A stretch of DNA of 64,000 bases from contig CM060732.1 in NCBI GenBank assembly GCA_030704615.1, forward strand, positions 50,220,001 to 50,284,000, in the 5' to 3' direction. Origin of the DNA: Takakia lepidozioides. Its lineage: Eukaryota; Plantae; Bryophyta. The notes below the pieces were generated by a model. That model did no database searches. It was not told the DNA's origin and saw only the letters and a program-made list of their open reading frames with translations. Each line of letters begins with the position of its first letter. Within the stretch, counting starts at the first letter, position 1. Position numbers and translations under genes: made by a program. Shown here in pieces: positions 55,290 through 64,000 of the stretch.

Positions 55290-56530
55290 TCCACTTCTAG
55301 GGTTGCCTTGAAATACATATCCACCAAGGCAGTGTTTAGAGTGACAACTCCAGCTTTGACGATGTCATCATGGACCCTTTGTGCCCTTTTGATGGATAAT
55401 GTCACCATAAACCTCTTTGCCCCTTCCCAGGGCTGCTAGGCTCGCATATGCATATTACAAAAACAAATGAACATGACGGCCTAGTCTGGCTTCATCCCTT
55501 CCCACATCATTTGCTCTTATGTTTCCAATTAATCCCATACCATGCTGCACATACCTTGCAATCATGGCACTCCAAAATACCACAACTCGTTCAGCCATAT
55601 TGTCAAACTCTCCCTTCACATCAGGCTTGTTGCACCCACATTTGGCATACATATCCACCAAGGCAGAGTTCAGAATGACAATTTCCCCTTTAACGATCAG
55701 CATAAGCAAGGGGAAGGAGACAGCAGAGCTGCTGCTCTCTCCCAGCGCCAAAAAAACCAAAAGAAAAAAAAATGGAGGGGCTGAGAGAGCCGCCGTGGCT
55801 GTGAAGTACCAGTATGCTGCAACGTGATGTGGTTGGGCTTCACCCCTTCCCCCATCAATATTTGATCATAGGTCTCCAAAGCCTCCATACCATGTCCCTG
55901 CTGTGCATACCCTGCAAGCATCACCCATTCACAATCTCCAAAGCCTCCCTGCCAACCAGTATATAAACAGAGTACACATAAGTTCCTTGCTTTGCATCCT
56001 CAATGCACCCACATTGGGCATACATTGGGCAGAGTTCAGAATGACATCTGGTATTATTCCAGCTTTGACAATGTCAACATAGACCTCTTTGACCTTTTCC
56101 AGGGCTGCCAGGCTTGCATAAGCATTGCAATCACACAAAAACGTGATGTGGTTGGGGCTTTACCCCTTCCCCCATCATTTGACCATAGGTCTCCAAATCC
56201 ACCATCCCACGCCCTGCTCTGCATACCCTGCGATGCTTGTACTTGCTTTCCAGCTTCCAGACCTTTTTGGCGTGAATCCACATCATTTGTTGGCACTAGG
56301 AAAGGGTTGAGACTAAGCTGCTCAACTACTCCCTGGTCTTACATAGTGGGTTTACATAGTGTGCCAAGCACAACATCTGGAGCCAAAGCCTCCATCCAGT
56401 GCCCCTGCTGTGTATACCCTGCAAGCATCGAGTTCTACGACACCACATCAGCTCTGACAATGTTGCCATGGGCCTCTTTGCCCTTTTCCAGGGCTGCCAG
56501 GCTTGCACACGCACTGCAACCGCACACAAA
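55290..56530 (-). pseudogene. Scrambled PLS-class PPR repeat fragments
   Basis: LNTALVDMY, VVFWSAMIARYVQHG, MLAGYAQQGHGMEAL...[22 protein letters not shown]. Many frameshifts. Confidence 0.85.
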
Positions 56531-56880
56531 CCTGATCAGCCCAAAACCAATGGCCAGCCTCTCATTGTGGTGGCAAAGAGAAAATTCATTTTCCTCCTCC
56601 CCCACATCATGCAATACAAAGCGCGTATCAGACACATACCCCGCCTCCTTTCATCTGCCCAGACAATCTTCTCAGCTCAGCATGGATTTCCTTAATTGGG
56701 ATGCAACTTGTCATCTACAGCAAGGTGTGCACCCTGTTGCCAACCCCAATGCAGCAGCGACCTGGCTGCTTTCTAACCCCTCTGACCTTCATCATTCTTC
56801 TCACCTTTGCAGTATCATCCCACGCAGCATACATGTTTGATACCAACACATAAGTCACGGCATCCTGACTGCTGCTAGCA
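56531..56880 (-). pseudogene. PPR E2/PG-box/DYW deaminase fragment, truncated before CxxC
   Basis: TYVLVSNMYAA..WDDTAKVRRMMKVRGVRKQPG...[50 protein letters not shown], read across frameshifts. Confidence 0.88.
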
Positions 56881-57049
56881 CCTGACAATGACAGGCTAGA
56901 TTTGTTCTAGGAAACACCTAATTCAACTTATCACACTAGTTCCTTTGGTCAATTGCATCTGCTACTCTTTGTAATCCAACAAGCATTCACCTTTTTGCCT
57001 CGATTGTCCCGCCATTGCCTGGGGTCATAAAAGTATCAGAATTCAACTT

Positions 57050-57751
57050 GAAAATTTAGGGCCAATTCTGATAAGAGGGAAAAACAGGGTGAAATCTGTT
57101 GAAGAAGGTACCTTCATTAGCAGTGCCTGATTTTATCAATTGAGCCGCTGGTGCTGTGGCTTCCAGTTCACCATCTACCCATGCAGGCTTCGTGTAGCTA
57201 TCCTTCCACAGGGAATCATAGGTAATCTGGAGCTTGAAATTCGGCCCTCTTGGATGAATCTGGACCCACACTCTATCCCTGCTCCTTCAGCTATCCAGAC
57301 CTCTGCACAAATCATGCACACATCCTTGCCTTGCTGCAGCTAACAGCTGAAGCAGCTGACACTGACGCCCTAACCCTACCTACAGTAACATGTCAAAATC
57401 ACTCCAAAACCACCATAGATCCACCAACGAGCTTCTCCTAATCTATGTTATCTGTTTTTGGATATTTTCCTGCTGCCACATCGGCAGTAACTTGTCAAAG
57501 TCACTCCTAACCACCACAGATCCACCCAACGAGCTAACTTACGGAATTCAATATGCATCTCAGGGCCGAGTCTGATGAGAGGGTAAAACAGGCAGAAAAG
57601 GTTGAAGAAGAAGGTGCCCTCACCACATTGTCGACCTTGACCTTTGTGTCATGACCCATGGAGGATTTGACAGACCATCAACCCAAAGAGTGTGTGCTGC
57701 TTGTGTCCATCGTCAGGAACTGTCGGATTGGTTTGTGAGAACAACCACGGT
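57050..57751 (-). pseudogene. OSB-type PDF-motif exon fragments (two diverged copies)
   Basis: IHPRGPNFKLQITYDSLWKDSYTKPAWVDGEL resembles the second half of the OSB PDF motif. 57510-57751 is an inverted match of 58730-58975. Confidence 0.62.
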
Positions 57752-58494
57752 CACTACGCCAAATCATGGTTTTTTTTACTCTTTTTTTTGGAGAGTCATG
57801 GTTTTCATGACTTAAACCATGACTCAATGTCGTTAAGGTTCAAAAATGTCGTGGGTATGACCGAAAATTAGCAAAAAGGGTCATGTATATGCCTCTATCC
57901 CGGTCAACATCGTTTGACTGGAATAGAGTCGTGATCATATGACTCTAAACAATAATGCAGATGACTCTAAATTTTAGATTGGTGTAGTCAACTCCCTTTG
58001 ACCAAGATAAGGTCATTTGCATGACTCTTATGAAAATCCACTGATGGATGATTTCATTACATGAATGAAATTTAGATGTTTTCATTCATCAATTGGATGA
58101 TTTCATTACATGCAAGGATTTGGATGATTTCATCCACCTATTTCATTGACATAGGGACTCCGGTACTTTTCAAGAACGCCCTCACTGTCACTCTTCTTCC
58201 CACTCCGAGAGCCTACTAGGGTGGCAATCGAGGGGATGCTATGACTAGTCAAGAAGAAAGGATGCTTAGTAGTTAGGGTTTCGGGCTCAGTGCAGTGTCC
58301 AGAGAATTTATGTTGGAATGCTGCATGAAGTAGTTCTTGTTTTTAGCTTGCTGCAAATAGTAGAGGTTATAGCAGGCAGGCCAATGGATCCTATGATGAC
58401 ATGCTGCCACATACTGAAGCTCACTAGCACCCCTCAGTGAAGGACCTTGCCAAAATGTTGATGCTGTCGGATTTTCGAGCACAAACCTCTACCT

Positions 58495-59043
58495 TGGAGC
58501 ACGGAGCAAGAGCTGGCATGAGTTTCGCAGAGATCCTTCACGATGGTGGGACAACCACAATCGCAAGGTGTGGGTTTTTCTTTAATATACGATGTGAAGA
58601 AGTTTGTCCATCCTGCAAATGTGGGCTCTGGGCTCCTGTTAGTACCATGATTTGGTATTCTTCCCGATGTTTACAAGGTTCTTGGGAGAGTCTTAGCAGG
58701 CCATGTTTCAATCTATGCCCGCTCAGCTGCACCGTGGTTCTCACAGACCAATCCGACATTACCTGACTACAGACACAAGCAGCACACACAAGAGGTCCTC
58801 TTGGGTTCATGGTCAGTCAAATCCTCCATGGGTCACGACACAAGGTCGAGGACAATGTGGTGAGGGCACCCTCTTCTTCGACCTATTTCAGCCTGTTTTG
58901 CCCTCTCATCAGACTCGGCCCTGAATTTGGATATTGAATTTTGTAAGCTAGCTCGTTGTGTGGATCTGTGGTGGTTCTCACAGACCAATCTGACGTTACC
59001 TGACTACAAACACAAGCAGCACACACAAGAGGTCCTCTTGGGT
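58495..59043 (+). pseudogene. Captured OSB-type PDF-motif fragment (two exons plus intron), with a partial second copy
   Basis: WHEFRRDPSRWWDNHNRK|gt...ag|TNPTLPDYRHK...EVL(W)VHGQSNPPWV, read across small frameshifts, fits the WWDNR..K..P..PDFKHK..EALW...PxWV motif of organellar ssDNA-binding OSB proteins. Confidence 0.7.
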
Positions 59044-60168
59044 CAAGCACACGGTTAGTGTAGCAGTGCTGAAATCGAACATTGTCTTTTCTAGTGGTAT
59101 GTCTACTTTAGCCCTAATCAACATTGAGTGAAACTGTAACGAGGTTGTAATTAGCTCAACATATGCATTTTCCATGTCCGCGGAGTTTCATATGAGATGT
59201 AGGTGGAAATTTGAAACCCCCACTACTAGCCTCAAGAGGGTCTGTTTCCTGTTCAGAAGTGGGTGTCACAGAGGGTATATATTTTCCTGTCTGTTGTAAC
59301 TTTAGCATCTCAGACTTACATTAGGTGACAGTCCTGCGCCTGTTCGTCATCTTTCTGTTTGAGGAATGGGATGTCTGTGTGACCAGTGGGGTGGGTGACC
59401 AGGCAAAGCAGGGCAAGCAGCACAATACCATCAACTACCATTTACAAAGAATTTCAAGGATGATGAAGTCAGGCGTCTGATGCATGTAGGCATGGTCTTC
59501 CTTTGGGTCTGATTCTAACCCAGGAAAATTGGCATTTACTTCTCTGTTATCTTTCACCTTTAGAAGGTTTTTTGCAAATCAGTTCCCAGCACAGAATCTT
59601 GGAAGTTGCTATGAGGCTCAATAAAGAGGCTTTCAACAGAAAGAGCTGACCAAGGGATTTCTCCCGCACCAAAATACAGCCTACAATATAGATGGGAGAC
59701 AGTATGTTTGGAAGAGAGGTCTTGCTGATTGTCTATGTTTGATTATAATTCAGTGTGTGATGAGTCTCGGTAGGGCTTAAAACCCCCAGGATATAAAATC
59801 ACTCCTCAAAATTTTCTCACAACTTGGTGGTTGATCTCTTGTGGATCTGACAAGTAGGCTCCTCAGTGTTGACTTGGACCAAAGACCAATGCATCAAGCA
59901 CCTACCCCTAAAATTAGCAGTTTAGTGTTTGTAATGACTACAAAATTGGGAACCCTGGTGGATTTGCTCAATATCCTCTCCTACTTGAGGCCAATAGAGG
60001 GAATAGGTGTTTATATGTGCTTGTGATGTTGGATTTTACCCAGTCACTACAATTAAACCCACCTCCTTGTAGTGGCTCTACATAGCCTGTAAAGCACTAT
60101 TTTCAGTGTTACATGAAGGTTTCCAGAGGATGGTGCTGACTGAGTGTGGTATTGGCTCGTCCGTGTAG

Positions 60169-60724
60169 CATTTGCTGGACTATTTCACAATCAAAGCTGA
60201 GAAGACAATGATGGCCAAACTATCTGAGCTGAACCCTCACCAGTATGCCTGGTTCTACAAGTGAGATTTTTCTCCCTTGTTGCTTACACAGTAGTAATGA
60301 GGATGGTTGGGTACCGAGATGAAGTATAGTGGCCTGGTCAAGTCAGCTTGGTGAGGTCCAGTTGTCTCTAGCACCCGCCATCAAAAGTGTGTGTACCGAT
60401 ATCTCGTTTGTAGCATGTGTGGACAATCTTTTAGAGTGCAGATTTATATCACCACCAGTCCTTTGAACTGAATATAGGTGCATGTTGTTGTGTATGTGCA
60501 GCTATTTGGTTAACAACAAGCCACAAGATGGCAAATTCTTTCTTCGGGTGCTAGCAAAGGTATAATAACTCACCACCTCCTTGTTGTGGGTGACTTTAAA
60601 TTCTGTTTGGAAGACCATTTCCTTCTGATTCATTTCTGCATCTATTTTGGTGTTGTGCTCAGGAAAGGCAGGTGCTGAAAGGATGATGGTGACTAGATTA
60701 CACTTGTTCAACAAATGGGTAAAG
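60169..60724 (+). pseudogene. RBCX: Captured RbcX (Rubisco assembly chaperone, RbcX2-like) fragment: exons 60169-60260, 60502-60559, 60663-60724
   Basis: Spliced HLLDYFTIKAEKTMMAKLSELNPHQYAWFYN|YLVNNKPQDGKFFLRVLAK|ERQ..AERMMVTRLHLFNKWVK matches the plant RbcX core as recalled (NYFTYKAV...NPPQY.WFYN...P.DGK.FLR.L.KE.Q.LAERVMITRLHLYGKW). GT-AG introns are intact; there is a frameshift in the third exon. Confidence 0.85.
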
Positions 60725-60789
60725 GTGAGTGTATCTTTCTCTTCACTTTAACTAATACGTGTTGTAGTTATTAAGAAGGAAGTGTTTTC

Positions 60790-61580
60790 AGTGGCAGCAT
60801 CGAAGCTGCGAAGGGAGAGTTTGACAACATGGCTGAACAAGATGTTGTCTCATGGTGCTGATCGCAGGATATGGCCAACATGTGTGCGAGATGAGGACAT
60901 TGGAGACATATGAGCAAATGTTGCGGGAAGGGGTGCAGCCTGAACGGGTCACGTTCATTTGTGTTTGCAATGCATGTGCAAACCTGGCAGCCCTGGAAAC
61001 CTGGAGACCTGGTAAAGGGCAAAGAGGTCCATCGTGACATCGTCAAAGCTGGAACTGTACCAGATGCAATACCTCGTGGACATGTATGCCAAACGTGGGA
61101 GCATTCCTTTGTGGACAGGGAGTGTTCAACAATATGGCTGAGCGAAATGTGGTGTCGTGGAACGTGATGATCGCAAGACATGCACAACAGGGGCGGGGAT
61201 TGCAGGTTTTGGAGACCTATGAGCAAATGATGTGGGAGGGGGTGAAGCCCGACCACATTACGTGTGTTTGCGTTTGCAGTGCATGTGCGAGCCTGCTGGA
61301 GAAGGGCAAAGAGGTCCATGGTTGCATTGTCAAAGCTGGAATTGTGGCAGATGTCATTCTGAACAATACCCTTGTGGACAGGGAGTGTTCAACAATATGG
61401 CCGAGCGAAATGTGGTGTTGTGGAACGTGATGATCGCAGGACATGCACAACAGGGGCGGGGATTGCAGGTTTTGGAGACCTATCATGAGCAAATGATGTG
61501 GGAGGGGGTGAAGCCCGACCAGATTTGCTGGAGAAGGGCAAAGAGGTCCATGGTTGCATCGTCAAAGCTGGAATTGTTGG
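60790..61580 (+). pseudogene. Captured PLS-PPR repeat fragments with internal duplication
   Basis: VFNNMAERNVVSWNVMIA..AQQGRG..LETYEQM..EGVKPDHIT..CSACAS occurs twice (about 61107-61370 and 61370-61575). Homologous to 55290-56530 in inverted orientation. Confidence 0.87.
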
Positions 61581-61799
61581 AACGGTGAACATTGATGGCA
61601 CAACCACAGTCTGTGGTAATTTCTTCATGTTCCACCTTCCCCTCTGATGGGACCTTTGAATCCCTCCAACCAAACTTTGGCACATTCATGTCAGATATTG
61701 AGAACTTCACTCTAAGATGTATACGCTATGCCAGTGAGGGCAGGCAGAACATACCCTCATTGACCCTTCTGTGTCAGATCCACTGGAAGTAATCTGTGA

Positions 61800-61900
61800 A
61801 CTGACTGTACCACTTATACCCAATGGCATCCCCGACCATCTTATCCTTCGTAGCCCATGTCTCTTGCCCACAAATCTGAATGCCATTGATTTGAATTTCT
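61800..61900 (-). mobile_element. Short LINE APE fragment
   Basis: The - strand reads GQETWATKDKMVGDAIGYKW, matching GQETWETSDKLVGDVIGYKW of 23990-25135. Confidence 0.7.
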
Positions 61901-63079
61901 ACAAGGTACCAACCCTCTAATTGTCAGCTAGTGTTGTTGATCTGCTTATACATGTGTGCATTCATGTGCAGGACATGCGATCATGATCTCTTGTAAGGAA
62001 GGAGGCAGAAGGTGGTGGGGCAGAAAGAGGCATGCTATGGACAATCAGCAAGGAGGAAGGTGTGCTAGGTTTGTCACATTTTTGGATCCATATATGTGCA
62101 GTGGGTAGTTGGGGTACTTGGGCTACCGTTGAGAGATTAGATTCTTTGAAACTCTCCACTTTTTTGTTGATCTGGAGGCACTGGACAGACTTGAAACACG
62201 GAACCATTGTCCATTGTCTTTCTATTATATTTTCCATCAATTGTCAAATCTTTATTTACCCAATTGCTCACGACACCATGTATTTGTGCAAAATAATATA
62301 TTCTCAATATAAATGGTATTATATTTGAATATATATAAATATACTAATTCAGTAAACATACAATACAAATTAAACCTCTTTGAAAAAAATAAAAATAAAA
62401 AATAAATCTAAAATAAAAATAAACAGAAAACAAATGCACTATAAAGGTAAATATTACAAATTCCATCCAGTTAGAATACTACATAACTCAAACCAATGAG
62501 GCCATGCTCATGACGCAAATACCTTTCACATTTCAAATTCAAACCATACACTATGCGCCACGTAGCCACTCAATGGGACTTGAGTCAGATACATGACCAC
62601 CTAAAGTTAAGTAAATGGTCATTCTCATGACCAAAAAGGTCATGCTCATGACCAGGTTAGTTTCCCCATTCCTACCAGAAACCATACAGAGCGCGCCACG
62701 TGTCCGGGCACGAATGCATCTACAGTCAGATCCATGACTCTCGAAAAAGTTGCTAGATTTCAACATGTGGTACGTTGTGGCATGCGTGCGAGCTAGCGTC
62801 GTCCCTACACCTGTCATCATCTCAAATTGACACATCGCAGTTCAGGGAGAATCGTGTGTTGTTAGGAAACGGTCACGGACGTGACGAAAAATAGGGTCAT
62901 GTATCTTATTCACTAGGGGATGTCACCTAGAGTCATATTCACGACGCGGATATTAGAGTCATCGTAACGACACGGTCTGCATGACTCTTTTCAAAAGAGT
63001 AAAAAAAGAGTCAAAATGACCAAAAGAGTCATGAAAACAGTAAAAAAAAGTGTCATGAAACCCGTTTTTTGTACTAGTG

Positions 63080-63700
63080 GGTGCAGCTGAGCAGAGATTG
63101 AAACACGGCCTGCTAAGACCAAGCTCTCTCCCAAGAACCTTGTAAACATAAGGAAGAATACCAAATCATGGTACTAACAGGAGCCAACAGCCCACATTTA
63201 CATGATGGACAAACTTCTTCACATCGTACATTAAGAAAAAACCACACCTTGCGATTGCGGTTGTCGCACCATCGTGAAGGATCTTTACAAAATTCATGTC
63301 TGCTCTGCTCCGTGCTGCAAATTTAGGGCCGAGTCTGATGAGCGGGCAAAACAGGCTGAAAGACGTCGAAGAAGGTGCCCTCACCACATTGTCCTCGACC
63401 TTGTGTCATGACCCATCGAGGATTTGACTGACCACCTTTTGTGTGTGTTGCTTGTGTCTGTAGTCAGGTAATGTTGGATTGGTCTGCGAGAGGATTGGTC
63501 TGCGAGAACCACCACGATGCAACTGAGCGGGCGGAGATTGAAACACGACCTGCTAAGAGCAAGCCGACTCTCCCAAGAAAGTTGTAAACGTCAGGAAGAA
63601 TACCAAATCATGGTACTAAGAGCCCATATTTGCAGGATGGACAAACATCTTCACATCGTACATTAAGAAAAGCCACACCTTGCAATTGCGGTTGTCCACC
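63080..63700 (-). pseudogene. Tandem OSB-motif repeat copies, continuing the interrupted copy plus a further unit
   Basis: HEFCKDPSRWCDNRNRK|gt at about 63250-63300. 63325-63480 repeats 57560-57745, and 63505-63700 repeats 63080-63265. Confidence 0.75.
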
Positions 63701-64000
63701 CAAGCTATTGCATATCCTGCAGATCCTCCCATGCAAACACAACAAAACGATCAAGTCCCATAACTTACTCATCGCTGAACGCAATCCCGCAACACTAAAT
63801 CCATTTTGAAATATTTGGATGAATGCATCGTAGGTGGATGGATTTTGGGTTTTCCATCAATCTATCCATCCATCCATTTAATTTTCCGTTCATCCAATAG
63901 TTGCCAGCAAGGCGTTTGCTTTATCGTTCATTCATACGTTCATCCAGTGCACACAAATTATATTTCATACGTTCATCCAACAACTGCCAATAAGGCGTTT

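Larger units (their letters stand above)
57752..63079. mobile_element. Complete non-autonomous Pack-CACTA element (5328 bp)
   Basis: CACTACGCC at 57752 and GTACTAGTG ending at 63079. 3-bp TSD GGT at 57749-57751 and 63080-63082. GAGTCATG/CATGACTC subterminal repeats at both ends. The rejoined flanks ACCACGGTGCAGCTGAGC match the uninterrupted paralogous repeat at 58722-58739 (inverted). Confidence 0.9.
54355..64000. mobile_element. Probable outer Pack-CACTA element; left end at 54355, right end beyond the window
   Basis: Starts CACTACAATACAAG, followed by GACT/AGTC-type repeats and an AT-rich tract. It then carries - strand PPR, DYW and OSB-like fragments and a GGATGA/TCATCC tract at 63.8-64 kb, mirroring the inner element's layout. 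The second end and TSD are not visible. Confidence 0.5.

Noticed and set aside
61590-61900. Another captured host gene on the - strand
   Set aside because: The recognisable part translates to the LINE APE motif GQETW...GYKW.

Overview
Eukaryotic nuclear DNA from a land plant, most likely a non-seed plant (bryophyte or lycophyte; inferred from gene and repeat style). Four host genes lie on the + strand: the 3' end of a cellulose synthase-like D gene (1-284), TFIIE alpha (10 exons, 3158-9538), a type-B cytokinin response regulator (6 exons, 39059-43261) and a calmodulin-lysine N-methyltransferase (7 exons, 44905-52099, with a GC-AG intron and a U12-type intron). Most of the rest is transposon-derived. 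It includes a hAT-like remnant, non-autonomous Helitron ends, a cluster of nested and decayed CACTA elements (about 12-30 kb), an APE-RT LINE family associated with (TC)n repeats, and a Copia remnant with one LTR. The most notable structure is at 54.3-64 kb: a complete 5.3-kb Pack-CACTA element (CACTA...TAGTG, GGT target-site duplication, recoverable empty site). It carries intron-containing fragments of organelle-function genes (OSB-type PDF motif, RbcX, PLS-PPR). It is inserted in inverted orientation into a probable related Pack-CACTA with similar cargo (OSB motif, PPR, E2/DYW), which creates inverted repeats of host-gene sequence. All family assignments come from motif recognition by eye; no database search was run.
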